NCBI GenBank assembly: GCA_963748215.1
Contig: CAVVHS010000006.1
Location: forward strand, 544,001 to 608,000
DNA length: 64,000 bases
Source of the DNA: an uncultured Gammaproteobacteria bacterium
GTDB lineage: Bacteria; Pseudomonadota; Gammaproteobacteria; UBA9214
Direction: 5' to 3'
Both the position numbers and the translations under genes were made by a program. The first letter of the stretch is position 1, and each line of letters begins with the position of its first letter. The notes beneath the pieces are model-generated. The model saw only the letters and a list, made by a program, of their open reading frames with translations, did no database searches and had not been told where the DNA came from. Below, piece by piece: positions 20,132 to 31,580 of this stretch.

Positions 20132-23100
20132 ATGACCCGCAGCATACAAGCAAACGATACCGCCACGACGACGCAGGAACTGCTTGCGCCGCGCTTGCCG
20201 CTCGCCCCGGGCCGCCAGACCTGGACCGGCCTGCACGGTGACAGCCTGCCGTTGCTGCTGGCCAGTGCCGTGCGCCAGTACACGCGCGGCCCGCTCGTCG
20301 TTATCGCGCCGGACACGCAGGGCGCGGAACTGCTGGCCGACCAGGTCGCATTTTTCGCCAGCGGCAGCGACGTGCCCGCGATCACCTTCCCCGACTGGGA
20401 AACCCTGCCCTACGACGTGTTTTCACCCTACCAGGACATCATCTCCGAGCGCCTGGCCACGCTGTACCGGCTGCCGTCACTCGCGCGGGGCCTGCTGATC
20501 GTCTCCGCCCCCACCCTGCTGCAGCGCCTGCCGCCGCGTGATTTCATCGAGCGCAACAGCCTGCTGCTGAAACGCGGCGACCGGCTCGACCTCGACACCA
20601 TGCGCGCACGGCTCGATGCCGCCGGCTACCGCTATGTCGCCCAGGTCATGGAACACGGCGAGTTCGCGGTACGCGGTGCCCTGCTCGACCTGTTCCCGAT
20701 GGGCAGCCGCGAGCCGTTCCGCATCGACCTGTTCGACGACGAAATCGAGACCATCCGCACCTTCGATCCCGAATCGCAGCGTTCGCTCGACAGCCGCGAC
20801 GAAATCCGTCTGTTGCCGGCGCGCGAGTTCCCCCTGGACGAGGCCGCGATACGCCTGTTCCGGCAGCGCTTCCGCGCCAGCTTCGAGGGCGATCCGCAGA
20901 GCTGCAACGTCTACCGCGAGGTCAGCCAGGGCAACGCGCCGGCCGGTGCCGAATACTACCTGCCGCTGTTCCTCGAGCAGACGGCCACGCTGTTCGATTA
21001 CCTGCCCGCGGGCAGTTGCATTGTGCAGCTGGATGCCACCGACCGGGCTGCCGCCACCTTTCAGGAACAGCTGCAGGAACGCTACGAGGCGCGCCGCCAT
21101 GACCGCGAGCGCCCCATCCTGCCGCCGGAGGCGCTGTTTCTCGGGCCCGACGAATTGCAGTCCAGGCTGACCGCCTATCCCTGCGTACAGATCGGACTGT
21201 TCAAGGAAGTGCTGCTGCAGGCCGGCAGCGTGAGCTTCGATACGCATCTGCCGGGCGACCTGAAAGTCCGGCCGCGCAGCGAACAGCCGGCCGGCGCACT
21301 GCGAACCTTCATCGACGGCTTCTCCGGTCGCATCCTCATCACCGCGGAATCCGCAGGGCGCCGCGAAACGCTGCGCGAGCAGCTGGCCGGCTTCGGCATC
21401 CATCCAGCCGTGCTGGACGACTGGCCGGCCTTCATGGCCTCCGGGGAGATGCTGGCGATCACGGTCGCGCCACTGGAACTGGGCCTGGTGCTGGACCACC
21501 CGCCACTGGCCGTAGTGCCGGAAGCGCTGCTGTTCGGCGAGCGTGCGCGCCAGGTGCGGCGGCGCAAGCCGGCGCGCGACCCGGCCAGCATCGTGCGCAA
21601 CCTCACCGACCTGGAGCTCAATGCCCCGGTGGTGCACGAGGAACACGGCGTCGGCCGCTATCTCGGGCTGGAGCGGCTCACGGTCGGCGGCATCGAAAAC
21701 GAGTTCCTGACGCTGGAGTATGCCGGCGGCGACAAGCTGTATGTGCCGGTCGGCGTCGCTGGACCGGGTCAGCCGCTATACCGGCGCCTCGCCCGAACGG
21801 GCGCCGCTGCACAAGCTGGGCAGCGACCAGTGGGAACGCGCGCGACGCAAGGCAACGCAGCGCATTCGCGACGTCGCGGCGGAACTGCTCGATATCTACG
21901 CCCGCCGCGCGGCACGTGGCGGGCATGCCTACCAGGCGCCGCGTGACGAGTACGCGGCATTCGCCGCGACCTTCCCGTTCGAGGAAACACCGGACCAGGA
22001 GGAAACCATCCAGCCAGGTGCTGGCAGACCTGCAGTCACCGATGCCCATGGACCGGCTGGTGTGCGGCGACGTCGGCTTCGGCAAGACCGAGGTCGCCAT
22101 GCGCGCAGCCTTCGTCGCGGTGCAGGACGGCAGGCAGGTGGCGGTGCTGGTGCCGACCACGCTGCTGGCCCAGCAGCACTACCAGAACTTCTGCGACCGC
22201 TTCGCCGACTGGCCGGTGCGCATCGAGATGCTGTCGCGCTTCCGCTCCGGCAAGCAGCAGGACAGCACGCTCAGGGGCCTCGCCGACGGCACTATCGACA
22301 TCGTGATCGGCACCCACAAACTGCTGCAGCGCGGCAGTGAAATTCAAGAATCTCGGCCTGGTCATCATCGACGAGGAACACCGCTTCGGCGTGCGCCAGA
22401 AGGAACGCCTCAAGAGTCTGCGCGCCGAGGTCGACATGCTGACCCTGACCGCGACGCCGATCCCGCGCACGCTCAACATGTCGCTGGCCGGCATGCGCGA
22501 CCTGTCGATCATCAGCACACCGCCGCCGGCACCGGCTGGCGGTCAAGACCTTCGTCTGCGAGTGGAACAACGGCCGTGATCCGCGAGGCCTGCCTGCGCG
22601 AGATCAAGCGCGGCGGCCAGGTCTATTTCCTGCACAACGAGGTGGAGACCATCGACAACATGGCCCGCGAGCTCGCCGCGCTGGTGCCCGGAGGCCGGTA
22701 TCGCCATCGCCCACGGCCAGATGCGCGAGCGCGATCTGGAGCAGGTGATGCTGGATTTCTACCACCGCCGCTTCAACATCCTGGTGTGCACCACCATCAT
22801 CGAAAGCGGCATCGACGTGCCCACGCGCCAATACCATCATCATCGAACCGCGCCGACAAGCTCGGGCTGGCGCAGCTGCACCAGCTGCGCGGCCGGGTCG
22901 GACGCTCGCACCATCGCGCCTACGCCTATCTGATCATTCCGCCGCGCCGCGCGCTGACGGCCGATGCCGAGAAGCGGCTCGACGCGATCGAATCGCTGGA
23001 GGAACTCGGCGCCGGCTTCACGCTCGCCACCCACGACCTGGAGATCCGCGGCGCCGGCGAGTTGCTGGGCGAGGAGCAGAGCGGGCAGATCCACGAAATC

Positions 23101-23631
23101 GGCTTCTCGCTGTACATGGACCTGCTGGAACGTGCCGTCAAGGCGCTCCGGGAAGGACGCACGCCGGCGCTGGACCAGCCCCTGCACCAGGGCCCGGAAA
23201 TCGACCTGCAGGTGCCCGCGCTGATCCCGGACGATTACCTGCCCGATGTGCACACCCGGCTGATGCTGTACAAGCGCATCGCCAGTGCCCAGGGTCAGCA
23301 GGAGCTGGACGATCTGCAGGTCGAGATGATCGACCGCTTCGGGCTGCTGCCCGAGGCGGCGAAGAACCTGTTCCGGATCGGCGCCCTGAAGTTGCAGGCC
23401 GCTCCGATGGGTATACGCAAGATCGAGCTCGGCAGCCAGGAAGGCCGTATCCTGTTCAGCGCCACCCCCGATATCGATACGGCAAAACTGATCGAACTCA
23501 TCCAGACCCAGGCGCAACACTACCGCTTCGACGGCGTCAACAAGCTGCGCCTGTTCGGTGATTTCGCGACGCCGGCCGCGCGTTTTGCTAAAGTGCAGCA
23601 GGTGCTGGACCTGCTCGCCGTGCGGGGCTGA
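20132..23631 (+). CDS. mfd: Transcription-repair coupling factor Mfd; about 8 apparent +1 frameshifts in 21750-22850, likely sequence errors
   Basis: [53 protein letters not shown] motifs spread across frames. Confidence 0.92.
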
Positions 23632-23663
23632 CCGGCACTGCTGTCCAACCGTACCGAGACCGG

Positions 23664-24386
23664 ATGACCGACATGAACCGCAACCACAAGCAACACCGTT
23701 TCGCCTGGCTCATTCTGCCCGTACTGGCGCTGCTGGCCGCGCACGCGGTCCACGCAGATACACAACTGTATGATGTCGAGGTGATCATCTTTGCCAACGA
23801 CAGCTCTGGCGGCGACGACGAGGTCACGAACCAGCCCGGCGGCGACGCCGTCAATGCACGGGGTTCGTTTCCGGCCAGCGGGTTCACCGAGCTGTCATCC
23901 GGCACTTACCGTCTGAACAATATCCGTGGTGGCCTGGCCGCGTCGCGCGGCTACCGGGTGTTGTTCCACCGCGCCTGGCGGCAACCGGCCTACGACCGGG
24001 CTCGCGCCATCGACTACCCGGTACACGCGCTGGCCGATAGCGGCCGTAACAGCGTCGAAGGCAGCATCACCCTCATCAAGGAACGCTACCTGCACCTGGA
24101 CGTGAACCTGCTGCTGATGACGGCACGCGGCAGTACGCCCGCGCTGTATGCCGATGGCCCCGGCAGCCGGCCCGCCTTTCGCCTTGCCGAAAAGCGCCGC
24201 ATCAAGAGCAACGAGCTGCACTACTTCGATCACCCGCGCTTCGGCATGATTGCACGCGTCACGCCCTACGAGTCGCCGGAGGAACCGGCCATCCCCGAGC
24301 CGGTAGTGGAAGGCATGCCGGACGATACCGCCGGCAGCGCGCAGGAGGATGAACCGGTACCGGCACAGGACCCGCTGACGCGCTGA
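23664..24386 (+). CDS. CsiV-family periplasmic protein
   Basis: YDVEVIIF, HRAWRQ, ELHYFDHPRFG motifs; lies directly downstream of mfd. Confidence 0.75.
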   Translation: MTDMNRNHKQHRFAWLILPVLALLAAHAVHADTQLYDVEVIIFANDSSGGDDEVTNQPGGDAVNARGSFPASGFTELSSGTYRLNNIRGGLAASRGYRVLFHRAWRQPAYDRARAIDYPVHALADSGRNSVEGSITLIKERYLHLDVNLLLMTARGSTPALYADGPGSRPAFRLAEKRRIKSNELHYFDHPRFGMIARVTPYESPEEPAIPEPVVEGMPDDTAGSAQEDEPVPAQDPLTR

Positions 24387-24415
24387 TGCACCTGCCACGG
24401 CCGGTCCGCCCCCTC

Positions 24416-24914
24416 AGCCCGCATTTCTCACCGGGCGGCTGTTGACGGACATAAACAATTGAAATCATGAAAGCGATGCCCATTCAGCAACAAACAGTGT
24501 GTCTTCGTGCAGCGCCTATCCCGGCCCTGGCGGGTTCTCGTGCACCCGTACTTGCGATGTACAGGGAAGTGCAAGTGCCGCGGGAGGCAGGAAGCCGGGA
24601 GCGGCCTGTTCATTCAAGTGGTAGCTACGGCTGCATCGCTTCGAGGGGAGGAAGAGGGGCCCCGCCGCGCAGCGGTGGGGATCTGACCCCCGGTGAAGCG
24701 AAGACCCGCGGTGGTATTCGAAGCGACATCCTGCCCACCGGCGGTCGCATCCCCGGCTACGCCGGGGCCCCTGCTCTGCGCCTCGAGCGGGTCTTTCATC
24801 CCAGAGCGGCGTCCGGTCACACGAGCCCTCGGCAACTGCTCCCTGCGTTGCTCTACCTCCTGCGTCCTTTCAGTCGTGCGCCAGCATCCGGGATCCCGGT
24901 GAGAAATGCGGGCT
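24416..24914. mobile_element. Non-autonomous composite MITE-like element
   Basis: Perfect 20-bp TIR agcccgcatttctcaccggg; long internal hairpin 24641-24786; nested 48-bp element 24829-24876; lies between convergent genes. Confidence 0.7.
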
Positions 24915-24918
24915 AGTT

Positions 24919-25662
24919 TCAGGCCGATGCGCTGATCACCTCCTCCAGGATTGCACGTACCCTCGCCATACCGGTTTTCAGGCTCAGCTGGATATCCACC
25001 ATTTCGATCGACCCCGGGCCGCGCCCGGCGGCGTCGTTGGCCGATACGGCGCAGACCGCATAACACAGCTCCAGCTCGCGTGCGAGCGCGGCTTCCGGCA
25101 TGCCGGTCATGCCCACGATGTCGCAGCCGTCACGTTCCATGCGGTCGATCTCCGCCGCTGTTTCCAGGCGTGGTCCCTGGGTGGCGCCATAGGTACCCGA
25201 GGTCAGCACGTCGATGCCGGCCTTGCCGGCGCTGGTGATCAGCAGCTCGCGCATCTCGCGACAATACGGTTCGGTGAAATCGATGTGCGTCACCCCGGCG
25301 AGATCGGTCTCGAAGAACGTGTGATCGCGTGACCAGGTATAGTCGATGATCTGGTCGGGTATGACGACCGCGGCGGGCGCGATACCGGCGCGGATCCCGC
25401 CCACGGCGCAGACGCCGATGATCCGCTGCACGCCGTGCTGTTGCAGTGCCCAGAGGTTGGCCCGGTAATTCACCTTGTGCGGCGGGATGGTGTGACCGTA
25501 ACCGTGCCGCGCGAGAAACACGACATCCTTGCCGCACAGGGTGCCGATGGTCAGCGCTCCGGACGGCTCGCCGTAGGGCGTGTGCATCACCTCGCGCCGT
25601 TCGATTTCGAGGTTTTTCAGCTTGGTCAGCCCGGTACCGCCGATGATTGCCAGTTCCGCCAT
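24919..25662 (-). CDS. mtnP: S-methyl-5'-thioinosine/thioadenosine phosphorylase
   Basis: IIGGTG, TPYG, RHG..H..PPH.VNYRAN, GPRLETAAE, VGMT motifs. Confidence 0.9.
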   Translation of the reverse strand: MAELAIIGGTGLTKLKNLEIERREVMHTPYGEPSGALTIGTLCGKDVVFLARHGYGHTIPPHKVNYRANLWALQQHGVQRIIGVCAVGGIRAGIAPAAVVIPDQIIDYTWSRDHTFFETDLAGVTHIDFTEPYCREMRELLITSAGKAGIDVLTSGTYGATQGPRLETAAEIDRMERDGCDIVGMTGMPEAALARELELCYAVCAVSANDAAGRGPGSIEMVDIQLSLKTGMARVRAILEEVISASA

Positions 25663-25853
25663 ATCAGTACCTGCCACGATTGTCCGGTTTAAACACGTTG
25701 TCCCGTATGCTCCCTCGCCCGGCGGGAGAAGGGGTCAATCACTGCTCTCCTGCGGCTGATGTCCCTGTGCGGCGCATCAACCGATTGCAGAACTGCCTGC
25801 CTTGCTGAGCTTGCGCTGGACTCAATCGCTGGATCGCGGCAGCGGTGAGTTGA

Positions 25854-26411
25854 CTATGAGGGCTCGCCCAGCGCGAAAATGCCGTTCAGGTTGCGCAGGT
25901 AGCCCTTGTAGTCCATGCCGAAACCGAACACGTAGCGGTCATCGACCTCCAGCCCGACAAAGTCGGCGCGGGCAGCCGGGTTGCGCCGGTCGTGGCGTTT
26001 CTGGACCAGCACCGCCGTGTAGACCACCTCGGCGCCCGCCTCCTTGCAGAAGCGGATGATATCGACCAGGGTGTTGCCCTCGTCCAGGATATCGTCCACC
26101 ACCAGTACCGTTCGGCCCGCCAGGGAGATGCCCGGCTCGGATACCCACCGCACGTCCTTGCCGCTGGTCTCGCCGCGGTAGCGCGTCGCATGCAGGTAAT
26201 CGGTCTCCAGCGGAAACGCCAGCCGGGTCAGCAGGTGGCCGGTCGGAATGATGCCACCGGTCAGCACACACAGCACCACCGGCAGCGCATCCCCGAGGCT
26301 GCGCGTGATCTCCCTGGCCATGCGGTCGAGCGCGGCATGGATTTCCGCCGGACCATACAGCTGCTCCGCGTCGGCGCGGATACCGAGAAGTTCAGCCTGG
26401 CTGAGCGGCAT
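25854..26411 (-). CDS. hpt: Hypoxanthine-guanine phosphoribosyltransferase
   Basis: VLVVDDILDEG PRPP motif; YVFGFGMDY. Confidence 0.9.
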   Translation of the reverse strand: MPLSQAELLGIRADAEQLYGPAEIHAALDRMAREITRSLGDALPVVLCVLTGGIIPTGHLLTRLAFPLETDYLHATRYRGETSGKDVRWVSEPGISLAGRTVLVVDDILDEGNTLVDIIRFCKEAGAEVVYTAVLVQKRHDRRNPAARADFVGLEVDDRYVFGFGMDYKGYLRNLNGIFALGEPS

Positions 26412-27501
26412 GGGCTGTTACCCGTTCCGGTTCCGGCAGGTGAAGCGTGCGGGTCGGATAGGCAATCTCCGCACCATGCCGTTGAATGATGTCACTGATC
26501 CTGAACAAAACGTCCTGCTTGATTTCATGGAATTCCGTCCACACCGTGGTGTGGGTAAAGGTATAGACGAAAAAGTCCAGCGACGAGGGCCCGAAGCTGT
26601 TGAAGTTAACCATCAGCGTCTGGGTCTCGTCGATTGCATCGTGTTTGGCCAGCATCTGTTTGATGTCCCCGAGTATCGCCGGCAACCGGTCGATGTCATC
26701 GTAGCGGATTCCGATGGTTTCATGAATACGCCGCCGCGTCATACGCGACGGGTTGACCACGGCGATGCTGGAAAAGATGCCGTTCGGAACGTAGATCGGC
26801 CGTTTGTCAAAGGTGCGGATACGGGTCAGTCGCCAGCCGATATGCTCCACCGTGCCTTCGATCTCGCGATCGTCGGAACGGATCCAGTCACCCACCGAGA
26901 ACGGCCTGTCGAGATAGATCATCAGGCCGCCGAAAAAATTTGCCAGCAGGTCCTTGGCGGCGAAACCGATTGCAATGCCGCCAATGCCGCCAAAGGCGAG
27001 TACGCCCGAGATGCTGAAGCCGAGCGTCTGCATCGCCACCAGTAGCGCGGTGATGATGACCGAGGCGCTGACCAGCTTGCCCAGCGCATCGACGGTAGTC
27101 TTGTCGATCGGCTCCTCCCGCGCCTTGTTCCGTTCGAGGACATTGGCCTGCACATTGTGTGTCAGGCGCAGCAGAAACCAGGCGATGGTGGTGATCACTC
27201 CGACGTCGCGGAGCGGTGGTATGGCGGTGAAGATCGCAGCCCCGGTCTCGACGCGCACGATGTCCGCGGCAAACGCGATGCCGACGATCCAGATCAGCAG
27301 CGACAGGGGCTTCTGCAGCGCGCCGACCACGGCGTCGTCCCAGGGCGTCGCGGTCGCCTGCAGTTTTCGATACAGGCGGTTCACCAGCAGGCGTAGCAGG
27401 AAGCTGGATAGCAGCACCAGGAACACGACGATGAACACCTGCACGATCCAGGCATTGTCACCGGTCCAGTCGACCAGGGCTTGATAAAACGGGTTGTCCA
27501 T
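26392..27501 (-). CDS. Small-conductance mechanosensitive channel (MscS family)
   Basis: GIAIGFAAKDLLANFFGG, RPFSVGDWI, AYPT motifs. Confidence 0.9.
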   Translation of the reverse strand: MDNPFYQALVDWTGDNAWIVQVFIVVFLVLLSSFLLRLLVNRLYRKLQATATPWDDAVVGALQKPLSLLIWIVGIAFAADIVRVETGAAIFTAIPPLRDVGVITTIAWFLLRLTHNVQANVLERNKAREEPIDKTTVDALGKLVSASVIITALLVAMQTLGFSISGVLAFGGIGGIAIGFAAKDLLANFFGGLMIYLDRPFSVGDWIRSDDREIEGTVEHIGWRLTRIRTFDKRPIYVPNGIFSSIAVVNPSRMTRRRIHETIGIRYDDIDRLPAILGDIKQMLAKHDAIDETQTLMVNFNSFGPSSLDFFVYTFTHTTVWTEFHEIKQDVLFRISDIIQRHGAEIAYPTRTLHLPEPERVTAHAAQPG

Positions 27502-27619
27502 AACAAGAAGTTTTCTAGGTAAACAGTTTAAATATATGTTTATACGATATATATTACTGACTTTCGCGCAGGCAGACGCTCGATAAGGGGGCGGCTGCCG
27601 GCACTGAAACCTGGCTAGC

Positions 27620-28666
27620 TCAGGCCTCCAGGTCCAGCTCCGGCTCCTCTTCGTAGCCTTGCACGGCCACCACCGCCTGCTCCCAGCGCGGTTCGGCGTG
27701 CAGTGCCTCCAGGGCGACCGGATGTTTGCCATGCATGCGCGCCATGCGCGTGTGTGCGACCGGGTCCTGGTGGCGCTCCAGCGCCTCGGCCACCTGCACG
27801 GCGCCCGGCCGGTCGTTGCACACCAGCACCATATCACAGCCGGCCTGCAGTGCAGCGTGCGCCCGTGCCGCATGATCGCCGGCAAGACAGGCACCTTCCA
27901 TGCTCAGGTCGTCGCTGAACACCAGGCCCTGGAATTTCAGCTGGCGCCGCAGGATGTCACGGATCCAGATGTGCGAGTAACCGGCCGGTTGCGCATCGAC
28001 CCGGGCGTACACCACGTGCGCCATCATCACCGCGGCCAGCCCCGCATCGATCAGGCGCCGAAACGGTACCAGGTCCCACTGCTCGATGTCCTCGAAGCGC
28101 CGCTCGTCGACCGGCAGATCGAGATGCGAATCCGCCGCCACCGCGCCGTGACCCGGGAAATGCTTGCCGGTCGCCGCCATGCCCGCGTCGTGCATGCCGG
28201 CCTGGTAGGCGGTCGCCAGCTCTGCGACGATCTCGGGGCGCCGGTGCAGGGCGCGGTTGCCGATGATGGTGGACACGCCGTAATCGAGATCGAGCACGGG
28301 CGCGAAACTGATATCCACGCCCACGGCACGCAATTCGCTGGCCATCAGCCAGCCGGTCACACGTGCCAGGTGTTTTGCGCGGGCACGATCCTTGTCATAT
28401 ATGCGTCCGAGGCAGGCGAGCGGCGGCAGACGAGTGAAGCCATCGCGAAAGCGCTGCACGCGGCCACCCTCCTGGTCAACTGCCACCAGCAGGTGCGGAT
28501 CGCGCAGCGCGTGCATGTCATCGACCAGTGCCCTGACCTGCTGCGGCGATTCGAAATTGCGCGTGAACAGGATCACGCCGCCGACCGCCGGGTGGCGCAG
28601 CAGCTCGCGGTCCTCCGCGTCCAGCTCACAGCCGGCCACATCGAGCATTAACGGTCCCAGTGTCAT
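27620..28666 (-). CDS. nagZ: Beta-N-acetylhexosaminidase
   Basis: VDQEGGRVQR, KHFPGHG..DSH, FSDDLSM motifs. Confidence 0.95.
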   Translation of the reverse strand: MTLGPLMLDVAGCELDAEDRELLRHPAVGGVILFTRNFESPQQVRALVDDMHALRDPHLLVAVDQEGGRVQRFRDGFTRLPPLACLGRIYDKDRARAKHLARVTGWLMASELRAVGVDISFAPVLDLDYGVSTIIGNRALHRRPEIVAELATAYQAGMHDAGMAATGKHFPGHGAVAADSHLDLPVDERRFEDIEQWDLVPFRRLIDAGLAAVMMAHVVYARVDAQPAGYSHIWIRDILRRQLKFQGLVFSDDLSMEGACLAGDHAARAHAALQAGCDMVLVCNDRPGAVQVAEALERHQDPVAHTRMARMHGKHPVALEALHAEPRWEQAVVAVQGYEEEPELDLEA

Positions 28667-29475
28667 TCACGCAGTCCTGTGTCGTTGACCAGTCGGATAT
28701 CGAGCCGGTCGCGCAGCCGGTCGCCGAGCAGGTTCACCGCCAGCACCACGGCCAGCATCGCCATGCCCGGCGCCAGCACCATGTGCGGCGCCACCAGCAG
28801 GTAGCGCGTACCGTCACGGATCATCGCCCCCCACGAGGCCGCCGGCGGCTGCACGCCGAGGCCGAGGAAGGACAGGCCTGCCTCGGCGACGACCACGGCG
28901 GCGATGCCGAAGGTCGCCTCCACGATCAGCGGCGCCGCCATCAGCGGCAGCAGGTGACGGCGCATGATGCGCCAGCGGCTGCTGCCGAGGGCCTCGGCCG
29001 CCTGCACGTGCTCGCGGTGCTTCAGCGACAGCACCTGCGCGCGTGCCAGGCGTGCATAGCCTACCCAGCCGACGGTGGTGAGTGCAATGACCACGTTGTC
29101 GATACCCGGTCCAAGCAGGCCGGCCAGCGCGATGGCCAGCAGGATGCCGGGAAAGGCCAGGAAGATATCCACCAGCTGTACCGCCACGCGGTCCCACCAG
29201 CCGCCGCGATAGGCCGTGGCCGTACCGAACAGCGTGCCGACCAGCAAGGACAGGCCGACCACCCACAGCGACACCAGGAACGAGGTGCGCGCCCCGACCG
29301 CCAGGCGCGCGCCGATATCGCGGCCGAGGTCGTCGAAGCCGAGCACGGCCGCACGGCCGGGCGGGTCGAGGATGTGTTCCAGCCGGATGTGATTGGGTGA
29401 CAGCGGCAACAGGTCTGCGCCCAACGCCGTCAGCGCCCAGACGAGCACGATCAGCAGCGGCAGCCACATGCGCAT
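28663..29475 (-). CDS. Peptide ABC transporter permease (DppC-like)
   Basis: LGFDDLGRD, EAA loop, LSFLGLG motifs. Confidence 0.9.
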   Translation of the reverse strand: MRMWLPLLIVLVWALTALGADLLPLSPNHIRLEHILDPPGRAAVLGFDDLGRDIGARLAVGARTSFLVSLWVVGLSLLVGTLFGTATAYRGGWWDRVAVQLVDIFLAFPGILLAIALAGLLGPGIDNVVIALTTVGWVGYARLARAQVLSLKHREHVQAAEALGSSRWRIMRRHLLPLMAAPLIVEATFGIAAVVVAEAGLSFLGLGVQPPAASWGAMIRDGTRYLLVAPHMVLAPGMAMLAVVLAVNLLGDRLRDRLDIRLVNDTGLRE

Positions 29476-30404
29476 CAGGCGTGCGCTCCCAGCCGGATGC
29501 GCGGATCGATCCAGGCATAGGCCAGATCGGTCAGCAGGTTCACGATGACGTAGGTCAGGCTGATCAGCAACACGCAGGACTGAACCACCGGGTAGTCACG
29601 CGACTGGATGGATTCGATCGTCAGCAGGCCGACGCCCGGCCAGGAAAACACGGTCTCGGTGATTACCGCGCCGGCCAGCAGGGCACCGAGCTGCAGACCG
29701 AGCAGCGTGATCACCGGCAGCAGGGCGTTGCGCAGGGCATGGTGCAGGATGACGCGCGCCGGCCCCATGCCCTTGGCACGCGCGGTGCGCAGGTAATCCT
29801 CGTGCAAGACCTCGAGCATGCTGCTGCGCACCATGCGCGACAGGACCGCGATCAGACCGGTGCCCAGCGTGAGCGCCGGCAGCACCACCGCGGCCGGACC
29901 GCCCTGCCCGCTGACCGGAAACCAGCCCAGCCACAGCGAGAACACCAGGATCAGCAGCGGCCCGAGCCAGAAATTGGGAATGGAGATACCGAGCAGAGAA
30001 ATACCCATCGCCGCACTGTCCCAGGCGGTGTTGCGCCGGATGGCGGCAACGATGCCCAGCGGCAACGCCAGCAGCACCGTCACGCACAGTGTCGCCAGCG
30101 CCAGCAGGCCGGTCGCCGGCAGGCGCTCCAGCAGCAGGTCCGTCACTGGCTGGCGCTGGTGGATGGATGTGCCGAGGTCGAGCTGCAGCAGTCCGCCCAG
30201 ATAGTCCAGGTACTGTGTCGCCAGTGGCTGGTCCAGCCCCAGCGCCGTGCGCAACGCCGTGCGGTCCGCCCCGGAGGCCGATTCGCCCAGCATGATCTCC
30301 ACCGGATCGCCCGGCACGAGATGAATGAGCAGGAATACGATGCTGACCACCCCGAAGATCACGAGGCAGGCACCGAACAGCCGCTGGAGGAGATACGACA
30401 GCAT
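29475..30404 (-). CDS. Peptide ABC transporter permease (DppB-like)
   Basis: PGDPV, DYLRTARAKG, ETVFSWPG motifs. Confidence 0.9.
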   Translation of the reverse strand: MLSYLLQRLFGACLVIFGVVSIVFLLIHLVPGDPVEIMLGESASGADRTALRTALGLDQPLATQYLDYLGGLLQLDLGTSIHQRQPVTDLLLERLPATGLLALATLCVTVLLALPLGIVAAIRRNTAWDSAAMGISLLGISIPNFWLGPLLILVFSLWLGWFPVSGQGGPAAVVLPALTLGTGLIAVLSRMVRSSMLEVLHEDYLRTARAKGMGPARVILHHALRNALLPVITLLGLQLGALLAGAVITETVFSWPGVGLLTIESIQSRDYPVVQSCVLLISLTYVIVNLLTDLAYAWIDPRIRLGAHA

Positions 30405-30513
30405 CGCGCTGGAAGTATACCGGGTCGGACGATGCCGCGGGCACTGGCCTGCGGCACATGCCACCTGCGGGACCGGGGGCTGTCCCGAAGGTGACAGGTT
30501 CAGGCAGGCGTCG

Positions 30514-31005
30514 CTAGAGTCCCGGCTCGCTGGCCGGCTGGCCGGCGTGGAATTCCGTGTAGACATAGACCGGGATATCGAGGTCGCCGAGGCGGTCCTG
30601 CACGACCGGCCAGACCTCGTCCCAGTCCAGTCCGCCGACGCCCGTGGCGAGGCGTGGCACGGCGATCGAGGAAAAAGACTCGCTGGTAGCCATCTTCGCC
30701 AGTGCGCGCAGCGCATCGCTGACATGCTTCAGCGTCGCCTTGCCGGGACGTGCACCGTGTCCGTAACCGCCTTCCTGGGTCAGCAGGTTCACGATACGCA
30801 CGCCATCCGCACCGCCCCACATCCAGGCTGCGCCGGGATCCGGGTGATGCTGGTTGCACCAGTGATGGTAATCCTTGTGCATGGCAGGATATTTTTCATG
30901 CAGCGATAACGCGAGTCCCTGGTTCATGGGGTCTTTCGGCGCCACGCCATGTGCTATCGCCTGTGCCCCGGAAAGCAGAATGTCACCTGAAACCTGATAG
31001 ATCAT
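30514..31005 (-). CDS. Macro domain (Appr-1''-p processing) protein
   Basis: GDIL, AHGV, GLA, PRLATGVGGLDW motifs. Confidence 0.85.
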   Translation of the reverse strand: MIYQVSGDILLSGAQAIAHGVAPKDPMNQGLALSLHEKYPAMHKDYHHWCNQHHPDPGAAWMWGGADGVRIVNLLTQEGGYGHGARPGKATLKHVSDALRALAKMATSESFSSIAVPRLATGVGGLDWDEVWPVVQDRLGDLDIPVYVYTEFHAGQPASEPGL

Positions 31006-31236
31006 AAGTCCTCTGTGCGATTGTGTTTCATTAGTAAAATGCCCAGTCTGCCGGTGCAATCGAACGTACCGCCTCCGCCAGCCAGCGCAGCGCGGATTAT
31101 AGAAGTCCGCTGAATCCGCACCTTGTTCTGGATCAATGGCAAAAGTCGACCGCACCGGTAGGATCGTGCGCATGCAGACATGCCTCGTCCACGTTTTCAC
31201 ATTACGGCGCCCGGCCCGGCGCGCACACCATACGCC

Positions 31237-31533
31237 ATGTCGGCTATCGTGACTATACAGAGTACCGGCGAACGCTTCACAGTGGCCGCTGGCGAGACCA
31301 TCCTGCACGCCGCACTGCGTCAGGGCATAAAGTTACCCCATGGCTGCTACAATGGCGTCTGCGGCGCCTGCATCAGCCGGATCATCAGCGGCGCGATCGA
31401 CTACCCGGACGGTCCGCCTCTGGCACTGTTCGAGGAGGAAGCCGGCAAGGGCCTGTGCTGCGTCGGACATCCGCGCGGCGATCTGGTAATCGAACCCGAC
31501 CGCCTTGGCACCGACTGCGAGCCCTGGGAATAG
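31237..31533 (+). CDS. 2Fe-2S ferredoxin
   Basis: CYNGVCGAC plus a distal LCC. Confidence 0.85.
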   Translation: MSAIVTIQSTGERFTVAAGETILHAALRQGIKLPHGCYNGVCGACISRIISGAIDYPDGPPLALFEEEAGKGLCCVGHPRGDLVIEPDRLGTDCEPWE

Positions 31534-31580
31534 CGGCACGCCGCAAACGCCGTCACACGATATGCTCAATGGATAATGCG

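Noticed and set aside
21750-22850. mfd as a pseudogene or programmed-frameshift gene
   Set aside because: About 8 disruptions, all single-base insertions with motifs otherwise intact. This is typical of low-coverage long-read consensus error; raw reads are needed to confirm.
24467-25066. ORFs of 149-150 aa within the TIR element
   Set aside because: No recognisable domain; they read through repeats and hairpins.
25680-25850. Riboswitch upstream of mtnP
   Set aside because: Only a REP-like hairpin (ccctcgcccggcgggagaagggg); no SAM, SAH or purine riboswitch consensus recognised.
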